Of a stretch of 64,000 nt of DNA, positions 52,227 through 64,000 are shown one piece after another. The stretch's first letter is position 1. Every line of letters starts with the position of its first letter. The translations under genes were made by a program, and so were the position numbers. Source of the DNA: Carcharhinus amblyrhynchos (lineage: Eukaryota); assembly GCA_965287045.1 (NCBI GenBank), contig OZ336885.1, positions 63,302,001 through 63,366,000 of the forward strand. Reading direction: 5' to 3'. Below the pieces are notes generated by a model that saw nothing but the letters and a program-made list of their open reading frames with translations, was not told the DNA's origin and made no database searches.

Positions 52227-52932
52227 CTATTAAGAAAAAAAATAATTAAACTAATGATGTGTGGTATGAGAAGTCAGGCTAAAAGACAATTCGGCGCAAA
52301 CGAAATATGCATTCAAATATTTAGAAAGACGTATCAATGTGCGCAGTTTTGTAATTAAGATGGTCCCTACACACAAATCTTGGATCTATCTGCGCTGTGT
52401 TGCTTTTGAGGCTCATCGGCTTTTTTTGTGATCCAGATATTTACTTAGAATTTCAACTGTGTTCCTTCCTTACGTTGAAAAACGATATATCTTGAAGAGA
52501 AAAATGACACAACCAATCACATCCGACACATCCGTAAGCTCGATGTATTCAAAAGCTACAGCAAATATTATGAGTAATATCGACGTTAAAAAAAAACATG
52601 TTTTTTTCTTGAGAGGACTTTCCATCCAAACGAATGTTGAACATTTTGTCATAATTTTGATCTGTGGATAAAAATGCAATTCTCCTTGAAATAGCTGCAA
52701 TAAAAAATATAAGATAGTGGTAACATACAAATTATATGATCATCTGCCACACATTATGTCAATGCAGACTATCAGCAAGAACTATGTAGTTAATCTGATG
52801 TTTCATATGTTGTTTTGTTTTTAGTCCACAACGATTATGTTCTTATTCTTAAGCTCATATCAACGGTACAACAGCGGAAATCAAACTGCGCGTTGAATTT
52901 TTGAGGAAAGTCTGTCTGATTTTTGTGTGTGT

Positions 52933-52970
52933 TGGGGGGGGGGGGGGGGTGCGGGGGGGGGGAGGGGGGG
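52933..52970. repeat. Poly-G tract
   Basis: Interrupted G homopolymer. Confidence 0.9.
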
Positions 52971-55216
52971 AGCCGTCAGTGTATCGGTTTGCTAGATCCG
53001 GGAATGGATCATAATGTAATGTTTGTTAATGTTAAAAAAAAACTGCCATATTGAATTGTTTGGTTATGGAAAACATTAACTGCACACGCCGGACCGTTGG
53101 ACATTAAGAACATGGAGCAGAAGATTACTTAATTGAGCAGAGCGGCCATCAAACGTTTCTTGGGATGAAAAATGCTCCGATGTAAACCGCCATACATATG
53201 GACGACATTCTCCAGCTTCAAAATGGCATTCCATAAAGACTAAACGCGTTGGAATACATTTCATTGTAACAACGAAACGGATATTGCGTGTGAAGATAAA
53301 TGGGCTGCACTGTCGAGACATTAACCCAGGGACCACGGATCTCCAACCCCGCACCGCCCCAACCCCGGCTTGCTCGAATGTACTGTTCAATAATTCTAGA
53401 CTCAGATGTCCTTGTCAGCGTTGCACAAACTATTCTCACTGGGCGACTTTGCAAAATAAATTACTTTAAAATTACTCTGGAATATAATCCTGAATGTTCA
53501 GCATAACGCAATACTTGTTCAGCTTTTATGTTCTTGTCTGTCACATTACATTTAAGCCTTCTGTTACGTTCAAGTGAGCAAAATGACATTTTGTCATCTC
53601 AAATCAATTGCAGTTGCCGTTTAACCCTGCTCACAGCTTTGGGGCAGTTCATGGCTTTAAACTAGTTTGCAACTGAAGGCAATAACTTGTATTTCTGAAT
53701 TGCAAATAAACTTCCTGATGCACATTACAAAAAACATGTGTATTGCAGTTATTTTTGCTCTGTCTGGTGTTCTGGGCGTCATGAGCGAGGCCACCATTTC
53801 CACACCTGTAATTGTACATTCAGTGAATGCTTTGCTAGATCATTTCATAGAACAGCGAAGATTGTTTTGTTAAGGGAATTAAATGAAGTCTAAACAAAGC
53901 AAATGTGTCTGAGTTATTTACCGCTGTGACATTTTGGAGCTAGACAGGATGCAAGGGCAAGGTCTAATATTTCCATTGTCACTCCTATTGTGGCGAATCT
54001 GATTTTCCATTTATTTGGCGGATAATTGCACTTAATTTCCACGGGCGGCATCAACGTGATTTCCACATATTTCTACCCAAAGTATGAACCTGGGATTCTT
54101 CCTTAGGAAACATTACCTTAACCTACCCCACCCCCCTCAATCGCACACCTTTCCCGACCAGAGTCTCACTGCGTCCTGCATATCTTCCACGTTGATTGAG
54201 CTCCGGCTTTCCTTCACAATAGGTTCATCATTTCATAATTGGTTTGTTCTTGGGGATTTGACACAAAAAGTACAAGGTCCAATTTGATCTTTGCGCCAAT
54301 CGTGACAGAGGCTAAGAGCTCTTGGGAACATGTGCAACTGAATGCGTCATGCATTGTTTTAAGAACACAACAATTTCCAGCCATTTCTCATGACGCATTT
54401 CCACAGTACGTGTATAATTGCATGGAGTACATTTCGGGAAGTGTACTCGGCCAACTACTTTTGCCATTTTTCACTAGACTGGCATTGTTGGAAAACGTAT
54501 ATTGGCCTTGATTATGTTTCAGCTCGTGGACAACTGACAAATGTGAAATAGAGCTGCTGGCAGTTATTTGTTTTTCGATAGTCAACATGGATTTTCAACA
54601 TATTGTGCCACGCAAACACAAAAACATTTTTGGTAATTTTATTGTGTGATGAAAAGTTGCTGTTTCTGCCTTGCTGGAAATAACATATTACAAACGTAAA
54701 CATGACACAAGGCGCACCTAGTTGCTTTAATGATTCTTGGCAATCAAACAGTTCTGTAAAAATTGAAAATCATTGAACGTATGTTAGTATCATTTTGAAT
54801 ATGTCGGTCTCTCGAAATGAATGCCCCAAATTTAACTGAATTATTACACAGTAAAAAAAAAATCGACACCCGGGCTTGCAATCCATTGATACCTCGTCAT
54901 ATATGGTAACACAATTTAATTATGCAACAACATCAAATCATTTTCCCTACATTCTTATTGCGCTCGCTTTTCTTGGGATGAGCTTGTGCTATCCATTTCC
55001 ATTAACGACAGAACGTTTTCCTCAGCGCAATACAGGATATATTTCGCAGCAATGTTACAAATGAAATTTGAAATGCTGAAATGAAACATGTTTTGCAATC
55101 ATTTCTGCAATACCAGGAAAATAAATTAACATTTGACTTTGAAAGTTAATTTAAAAGTTGTGCCAAATGAGAAGACACTGCAAATTGATTCGCAGGCGAA
55201 TGAACTGCCAGCGGAA

Positions 55217-56461
55217 ATAAGAACATAAGAACATAAGAAATAGGAGCAGGAGTAGGCCATCTAGCCCTTCGAGCCTGCTCCGCCATTCAATAAGATCATG
55301 GCTGATCTGTCGTGGCTCAGTTCCACATTACCGCCCTCTCCCCATAACCCTTAATCCCCTCTCTTATCAAAAACACATCAACCCGCGTCTTAAAAATATT
55401 TAGCGAGGCAACCTCCACCACTTCAATGGGCAGAGAATTCCAGAGATTCACCACCCTTTGAGTGAAGAAGTTCTTCCTCAACTCCGCTCTAAACCGCGCC
55501 CTCCCCCCCCCCCCTTTATCTTGAGGCTGTGCCCCCTAGTCCTACTGTCCTTTCTGAGCGGGAAGAGTCTCTCCATCTCTATCCTATCCATCCCGTTCAT
55601 CATCTTATACGTCTCAATGAGATCTCCCCTCATTCTTCTAAACTCTAACGAGTACAAGACTAGTTTATTCAGCCTCTCCTCATAGCTCAACCCCCTCAAC
55701 TCCGGCATCAGCTGAGTTAACCTCCTCTGCACTCCCTCCAAGGCCAAAATATCCTTGCGTAAGTACGGCGCCCAAAACTGCACACAGTACTCCAGCTGCG
55801 ACCTCACCAATGCCCTATACAGCCGCAGCAAGACCTCCCTACTTTTATATTCAATCCCCCTCGCTATGAAGGCCAGCATCCCATTTGTCTTCCTGGCCAC
55901 CTGCTGCACCTGCAAGCTGGGTTTTTGCGACTCATGCACAAGGACCCCGAGGTCCCCCTGCACCTTCGCCTGCTGCAGTTTTTCTCCACGTAAGTAATAA
56001 TCCTTCCTACCATTATTCCTACCAAAGTGGACCACCTCGCAACTGCCAACATTAAATTCCATTTGCCAGTTCCTGGCTCATTCGCCCAGCCTATCTAGAT
56101 CCTTCTGCAGATTCTCCACACCCTCCGCACAATTTGCCGTTCCACCAGTCTTGGTGCCATCAGCACATTTCGACACCATACACTCGGTTCCCTCCTCCAG
56201 ATCATCTATGTAAGCCGTAAATAGCTGAAGCCCCAGCACCGACCCCTGGGGCACTCCACTAGTCACCAACCGCCAATCCGAATAGCACCCAATGACCCCC
56301 ACTCTCTGCCTACTATTTGACGACCAATCCTCTATCCAAGCTAACACCCTACCCCCAACTCCATGTCCCCTAACCTTCTGCAATAACCTCTTGTGGGGTA
56401 CCTTGTCAAACGCCTTCTGAAAATCAAGAAAGACCACATCCACCGGCTCTCTTCTATCCAC
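55217..56461 (-). mobile_element. Young CR1 LINE, 3' segment
   Basis: [47 protein letters not shown]; (TTCTTATG)n tail. Confidence 0.97.
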
Positions 56462-57460
56462 CTTTGTTTGAAAAGAGGGGAGTACGGTAGGATGAGAGTA
56501 GAATTTGGCGAATGTGGACTGGGGGAGCGCGTTGGAAGGCAGGTCTGCTGAGGAGCAGTGGAGGATCTTTAAGGAGATCTTTCTTGGTGCTCAGCAGAAA
56601 TTTATTCCGATGCTCAAAAGGGACTGCATGAGGAGAAGTAATAAGCCGTGGATAACGAAGGAGGTGAAGGAAAGTGTTAAACTAAAAGCGGAGGCGTTTA
56701 GAGTAGCTAAGAGTAGTGGGCGAGAAGAGGTTTGGGAGAGGTTTAAATTTCAACAAGGATTGACAAATAAGTTGATAAAGAAGGGTAGGAGAAACTATGA
56801 AGCTGGGCTTGCGCTTAATATAAAAAAGGATAGCAAGAGTTTTTATAAATATATAAAAAGGAAGACGCTGGCTAGGGTGAACGTTGGACCCTTAGAGGAT
56901 GAGAAGGGGGACTTAGTGGTAGGGGATGGGGATATGGCTGAGGTCTCGAATTACTTTTTTGTTTCGGTCTTCACGGAGGAGTACGTGAATAATTTGTCGG
57001 GTGTTAGAGATGGAAAGGTGGTAGGACTGGAGGGTCTCAATGACATTATTGTTACTAGAGAGGCGGTGCTCAATAGGTTGGAGGGGCTGATTATGGAATA
57101 GTCCCCAGCACCGGATGGAATGCATCCGAGGGTTCTGAAAGAAATGGCGGAGGTGATAGTGGATGCCTTGGTGGTTATTTTCCAGACGTCACTGTATTCC
57201 GGGGAAGTGCCGGAAGATTGGAAAACGGCTAATGTTACGCCGTTGTTTAAGAAGGGTGCCAGGCAAAAGGCAGGGTATTATAGGCCAGTTAGTTTAACGT
57301 CTGTTGTCGGTAAAATGTTAGAATCCGTCATCAAGGAGGAAATAGCGAGGCATCTTGAGGGGAATTGCTTGATCGAGCAGACGCAGCACGGTTTCGTTAA
57401 AGGGAAGTCGTGTCTGACAAATTTACTGGAGTTCTATGAGGATGTGTCTGGGGCGGTGGT
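56462..57460 (+). mobile_element. Inverted upstream segment of the same CR1
   Basis: KPWIT, SKSFYKYIK, HPRVLKE, PEDWKTANVTPLFKKG, YRPVSLTSVVGKMLE and QHGFVKGKSCLTNLLEFYEDVSGAV. Confidence 0.95.
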
Positions 57461-58544
57461 CTAAAATAACTTTGATTGCTCGTGTTTAATTAAATTTGCC
57501 CCAGGCTGGCTATATCTGATTGGCTGAGGAATTGAGCTGAAGAATGCACATGCGTCCTGAAAGTTGCGTTTTGCAACCTCATATATAGCAATTTGCCTCA
57601 GATTTACCAGCGGAAACAGTTGAGAAGCTACAGAATGTTTGTTCAGCAACGTCCATCAGATGTGACCCTATTGCTTCCTAGAAACTGGCAACAGTTCTGT
57701 TTAATTAAATCAAAGAATTAAACTAATCTTGTATACTTCATAGAACTCATTCGATTATCTTATCTCTTGACAAAAATGTATTTTACAGTTCAGAAACACA
57801 CTGATGCACAAATCATTCCCCTGTGTTATAACTTCATTCCTCCGGAAATTTGTCTGCAATTGCACAGTTAGGCTGAAAAATTGCACTTCTGGCGTTTTCA
57901 TATTTGCACACATCAAGAAATTGAAATCGATTTTCTTTTGTGCAACCATGTATATGTTTTCAATAATAATGCTTCGTAAGTTGCCGATCTACTTGATGTA
58001 AAATATTCATTTGTTTGTAATATACATATATCTGGAATTCAATTCAATGTGTTAACTAAAACAATTAGTGGACTTCTGTTAAGATTGGGTCCTAAACCCT
58101 TACTTCAGAAGTGTTGGGCAGCTGCATTTCATTACTGATTTAAACTTTTAATTTGTCTGGGTTTAAACTAAGTTATAGAGAGACAGTTGAAAGAATCATG
58201 AGCGATTATAAATACAGTTCTACCAGTGCATACATCAAGGTAATGTATACATCAAGATGACAATCAGCAGACCATTTCAATTCGTGTTTCAAACTTAAAT
58301 TCGAATTTAATTCGAGCATGGAAAATAACCGTTGGATCCAACTGGTACGTTTTTGTGTAATTTGCATGACTTTTATGATTGTAAACATCAAATACTGAAT
58401 TGTCCACGTGATGTTCAAGCGCAGACAACATCAGAAATTATTGTCCAGTCACAAATTGTCATATGCATTATATTCCAACCGCTGTTACTGAACTGCTTTG
58501 GCAGAACAAATGTAAGTGTTTTTACGATGAGCTACAGTTGGAAC

Positions 58545-59040
58545 ATTTACGACATGAGCAAGGAAAGAAGAACAAGTAAAACACAGACAGGCAGGCCCTG
58601 GGCCCTCCAAGCACGTGCCAATCATGATGCTCGTACTAAACCTGAAAAAAAAAACTCTTTCCGTACTCGACATGTAACACTTTATTCTGTCCCTATCCAT
58701 ACAGTCATCCAGATGTTACTTAAATGCGACAGAATGCTGTCATTCAAAACCTCATTTGGCAAAACGTTCTGGGCACCCACCGCGCTCTCCGTAAAAAAAA
58801 ACGAAGTCCCCCGCACATTTCCCTTAATACTTGAACTCTCACGCTGAAACTGTGCATCCTTCTAATTGACAATTTCACCCATTGAAAAAAAAAGTCTGTC
58901 CACACTGTTACCAAATGTTACATGCCATTCTGGTATCATGGCGGGCAGAACTGCATACAATACGCAAAATATGGCTTCACCAAGTTGTTATACAGCTGCA
59001 ACATGACTTCCTAACTCTGGCACGCAATGTGAAGCATTTC
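58545..59040 (-). mobile_element. Decayed CR1 3' end with internal deletion
   Basis: Reverse-complement remnants caggccctgggccctccaagc, gcacccaccgcgctctccgtaaaaaa and cagaactgcatacaatac. Confidence 0.75.
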
Positions 59041-60039
59041 AAAACCATGACGAAATCTGATTCTTAGATTAAATCGTTGGTGGTAGTTTCCGTGTGCCTC
59101 CAACGTTTGTTCTTCCGTTTGTTAATGTTGTCGTTTGAGAACATGTTGGACAAGGATACTTAAAGGGAATGTTTATGGGACTTTGTACATGAGAGATAGT
59201 ACTGACATGGGTGGCTGGACTGGGTGTATAACGGAGCAATGTTATACTGGGCACGTTTATATTTGAGCCCTCGATTATGCGCAAATAAAGCCGTCTGAAT
59301 TGACTTCGAAATCGCCCCCTCCTGAACCGACACATGTCGAGGAAGTTGAAAAATATTTTTCTCACTGTTCCCGATTCTATTACATATTATCCAACGGTAG
59401 CCGGAGCTATGGTGAGTAGGCCGCAAGGTAATTGCAAATGAGATAACTTGAACTGATAACCATTACTTCCTTGTGACTACTGGAATTATACTTATTTTCA
59501 AAAGCAATTGCGTGTTGCAGAAGGTATTGTTTGTTTTAGAAATGAACAAAAAAAGGTATGTCAGTTGCAAGCCAAAATCCCAATTTCGTCTTTTGCAGAA
59601 TATGCATTTGATCAGGCACATCTTAAGCACGAATGCAACTCTTAACGTTGGCTTGGAATGCGTGCAATGCTCAACATCATTTCCACTGCCCGGAATATAT
59701 TTCATTTTTTATCAATGTCTCACTCCATTTGACGTAACCTTTGCGGCAGTTAAGCCTGCATTCTCACCAAACCATTCGCCGCTGTTTAAAATTTGATAAT
59801 GCATATGCCACTTTGATCGTTTTTTTTTATTTCCATGCAGAACATTTCTTTTCTTCAGTATTATGTTAAGGGGAACCTAATTTGTGATACTACCTGCTAA
59901 CAACAACTTTATTTTCGGCCAAAACTTTTGAAAGTTTTGCCCTATCTTTTGAAAGATACTGCAACAAGTGCATTCTTTGGCAAATACGCAAACAACGATC
60001 ACGTGCTCAATTTGCATTGAATAGGCAAAAAAACGCTAC

Positions 60040-60066
60040 CTGTCTTTTTATCCTTTAGTTTGTTTT
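60040..60066 (-). CDS. 27-nt phase-1 microexon, (E)NKLKDKKT, of an unidentified K/E/D-rich protein
   Basis: Minus strand: ttttgacttctaaacag|AAAACAAACTAAAGGATAAAAAGACAG|gtagcg. Only phase 1 is stop-free. Confidence 0.72.
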
Positions 60067-63000
60067 CTGTTTAGAAGTCAAAATATTTTACAAACAAAAG
60101 TGAACTGAAATGTACTGTACATAACATAGAATACATCAAAGTATGTGCAAGAAATGCATTAAAAAAAAACTAGTTGTGAAATGGACCATGTGTTGACGTC
60201 GAGCATCAGCAGCAAAGAATACGCTCTGAAAGGATGGTATGCACGAGTTCTTCTTGCCCGCCCGAAAGGCACCTCGTTCAATCTGGGCTCGCTCATGGGT
60301 CTTCTACTTTGCACATCAGGCGATATTAGTACAAGGCCCACATCTCCAACAAGGAGATGAAAGATACGAGGTAGGTGTTCAAAGTGTCAGTACCGTGTAG
60401 AGTGTTTCATTGCGAAAAAAAGTCGAAAGAACACGTTTTTGAAGTGTTCAACTGAATTAATGGGTAAGAACATGTGAAAGAAAAACTTAAGTAATCACAT
60501 TAGGATCTGGAGTGCATTGCCTCCCAAAGCAATGGAGGTTAACAGCTTTACTAAATGGCATATAAGTATCTGAAGAAGAAGAAAAAAATGTGATGAGCAA
60601 TGGGACCAGATGAGATATTCCTCGGACCAAATAGGGACATGATTTACCTGTACAATCTGTACAAAATCTGTACAAAATGTGCTGCATTCGTTAGAATTCC
60701 AAAATTCTATCTCATCTCTGCTCACATTAGGGTTTTTTTTCTTAAGTAGTCCAGATCGACATTTGGCCCGCTACTCAATTCCATTGCAGCGCGAAGAATC
60801 GAGTCTTGGGAACAGCCTGCAAGGACGACTGATGATTTTTGCCGTTCTGCAGATTATGGTTAATGAACTTTAATTATTTTGTTTCATTTCATGTTATTCG
60901 AACTCAGTGCAACTTGGCAAAAAAGTAATTAGTTTTGATATTGGATTGATAAGAACTGTTACATTAATCCTGCCAACAAATTTATATTTTGAGCAGTTGC
61001 ACCCTTCGCAACACAAAGAGATAATAGTTCTGCACAGTTAAATTCGCTCCGGAAACAACGTACCATCGACGAATGGTAAGCGAAATTTGATCTCAAGTTT
61101 TGAAATGCCCATTAGCACTTAGTTTTACGTTGCCACATATTGGGCCATTAGATTGAAGTAATTTACACAGGTACGGAAATGTTCTTCCCACCTAATTTTT
61201 TAACATCTTCCAAGCAATATGTGAGATCTGCAATGGTATAGAAAAAAATACGAAATGTAATTAATCGCATTTCAGCTTAATGTCACTGTGTTTCCCTTTC
61301 GAGCAACATTCATTTCATTTCCGGTCAGAAGTTATGTCGTTCTGAGTAATACTGTGTGTGGTACTGGTCACCAGCATTTCTAAGTGGAAGAAAACAGTTT
61401 ATTATCAAAACGTACAACAACCTGAATAGGAAGCATTGAACAATATCCTTTGGGCGTTGGAAATTGTAGCATTAGGCTTGTAAATTAATGTCATATGAAT
61501 GATTCTAAAGTACAATAGAACGCTACCAATTCCAGAAGCAGCAGGACAGTGGAGCAAAAGATTGCATTGCTTTTGCAAACTGTAATACCGCATCATGAGA
61601 TGGCATGCCTGGTGAGTAGCTTGGCATATTTTTTGAATGTCATTTTAATTTGATTTAATTTATAATATCCACTGTTGTATAATGCCCTTGACTGAAGATA
61701 ACATTTCCTATTTACTTGTGATGGGCTATGAAATAAGGTGCCCTCTGAACTTCGAATAATTGGACTTAACAAGGGCAGTTGGAGTGTCCTGTAACGTTAT
61801 CATCTGTAACAAAAAAAAAGGACTCCAATGGTGGGACAAAGTGATTGTTGCCATTCAAGTAGTCAGATCATGCAGAGAAATGCATGTTGTCGAGAATATA
61901 CACACATTACTTCTATACCAGATCTGAGGCCAAACTTAGAACTTTGAGAATGGATTCAAGTAGGAATATATAGATGTCAATATGTTGTTTGTTTCGCAAT
62001 CCAGCATTTTTTTTAATTTACATCTTGATTTCAAAGTGCATGTCTTCGCCTACCTCTCTTTAGTTTTTCTGCAATGAGATCAGAAATATTTTTCTGTTGT
62101 TATAAATAAGGGTGTATTACTGACCATATGGTAAAATCAGGAATCGTTTCTGCAGTGCGGAAAAACAAACCGTACGAAGGGAACATCATTGTTGAAGCAA
62201 ATGGAGATGGATGGACAAAGACGCTGCCCAAATGCACTGCTATAACACATAGTGTGAGCTGAGATCATTGAGCATCTTGAAATGCCATTGTCATTTTTAT
62301 AGCATTGCATTCAATTCATCATCTGTTTATTTATCGTTTCTACTGACTTTAATACTCCTTGTGTTGTATGATGGTGCTTTCCTTCAAGTTACCAGTTGAT
62401 ATCAAGTTCTGTCACGACAACTTTTCCTCAGGACTAAACCATTTATGACGATATTTGCAGCGTATTAACAGAAGGGCAACTGTTGTGCGGCGTTTCCAAA
62501 TACTAAACTGATGCCCAGTAAAATGAAAACAACTGTTGTGCCCATTGTGCTTCACAGCACCTCAGTTTACCATATAACACAGAGTTGAACAAACTGAACT
62601 AAAGGAGGAAACGTTTTGAGGAATGGCTCTACTCAGTTGTTGGTTTATATGAGATATGAGACAGCTTTCCATGACCTGTTTCTGACGTCGGTATTGTAAT
62701 AGCGCGCCTAAATCTTGGATAGAACCAGAACTTATTGTAGCACTCATGTTGTCAGTACTATCCGTGGAACATTGTCAAAGACTTTGATCTTTGTTGTATC
62801 CATTAAGTTTAGTTGTAATCGGTTTCATTATTAGTGTACTTAGTTGGATGAAACGTTTCACGTGTAATGTTTCACGAGGGCATGGTTTGATGAAAATTTA
62901 CTTAATTTTCTTAATTTACTGGGATTTTTTGCATGTATAACGTTGCCATATTTCGGGATGCTATGTTCTGCACTGACTGGTTGTTGTTTTTTTCGTCATT

Positions 63001-64000
63001 GCAGATGGTGAATTTATTCATTTTGCTCTTCCCTTCGATGATTGGATGTGCTCAAGCTTTCACTTACGAACAGAGTAGGCTTGCAGTACATTTAATGCAT
63101 TCAATGTTATATTGTTTACATCTATGCAGTTTGTCTGCTGATTGGAAATCAAGAAACCTTGTGTCAAGCCTGGAACTGTTTCATAAACAATTTTAAGAAA
63201 TGTCACAATCTCCTCGTGGAATACCCTCCTGAAATTATCATTACAAGTTTGGAGATACGGCGGGTTCAATGCAAATTTGCGAATCGGGTATGTTGCTGGA
63301 TTTTAAACATTCAGTCCCTTTCTCCTCCTTCTGATGGGCCAGAAAGGCACAGAGATGTTCAGTATTTTTTTCCCCCTTCTTTCTGCCCCAAATATTTGTA
63401 AGTCACATCAGCGCCAGTAGCATTTTACACAATATTGTTTCTTTTCATTTTGAAGATACGGTACCTTACCCCCAACTTCCCTGTGGTGACCAGAATGAAG
63501 AATATAGCGATTGGCAGTTGCGTTTGTGACAGGTATATTGCTGAGAAAGATACCGTGTGTCTCAATTTCTTCTTGCTTTCCTCATCTCTAATAATCTAAG
63601 TAATAAGCAGATGTAGCCTCCAGGACGCACAAGATATTTAGGAAATATACTATTGAGCCACTCATATTGTTGCATGTTGAAGCCAGCAACAGAGAGTATC
63701 TTCTATTTCATTGAGTGCCTGCGATTCTTCTAAATGGTTTTCATTATTGTTGAGCGTTGATTCATCATTTGATTTTGAATGTTCACAGATAACAATTAAA
63801 AAAAAAATCGTTGACAATGATTGAACAGATTTGTGGAGTGGAGTTAATTCAGATCAATTCTGGAGAACTCGTTTCCGAATGCACACTGTGTCATGCGTCA
63901 CAACTTTGGAATGGCGTGGCTGTTATAATCCAGGGTAGAAACCACAATAGAGTTTAAGATGTCAGACTCAACAATAATTCTTGAAAATTGAAGTTGGAAC

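Noticed and set aside
55478-57464. Long ORFs as host genes (also 22963-23532, 28450-29079 and 49815-50291)
   Set aside because: All are LINE ORF2 fragments or antisense shadows of LINEs.
61353-61379. 27-nt phase-1-open block EMLVTSTTH with a good acceptor
   Set aside because: Donor ACA|gtatta is poor and the composition is unlike the array.
1-64000. Prokaryotic systems (CRISPR arrays, operons, defence islands)
   Set aside because: The sequence is vertebrate intronic DNA with no repeat-spacer array or gene-dense region.

Overview
Eukaryotic, intron-like DNA from an elasmobranch (shark or ray), judged from its HE1/V-core SINEs, shark-type CR1 LINEs and Penelope-like elements. A large part of the window is decayed retroelements, and there is one 131-N assembly gap. 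No ORF in the six-frame track is a convincing host gene; the long ones are LINE reverse-transcriptase fragments. The main hidden signal is on the minus strand: seven canonical AG/GT-flanked microexons (27, 27, 27, 15, 27, 36, 27 nt) between 60066 and 18113. All are phase 1 and frame-preserving, and they splice into a Lys/Glu/Asp-rich peptide of about 9-aa modules: (E)NKLKDKKT-EYQLGGKEK-EADLENKDK-DKAKK-DEESREKNS-EIAALNKELNDS-EVKMRQQQK. The architecture resembles the triadin luminal tail or butyrophilin/BG-type tails, but the gene is not identified. Also present are a strong 24-nt exon on the opposite strand (possible antisense transcript), a CR1 with a twin-priming-like 5' inversion, a Penelope remnant with inverted hammerhead-bearing ends, and an ORF1-less LINE with a tRNA-like head. 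Exon calls were made by eye without transcript data, and repeat boundaries are approximate.
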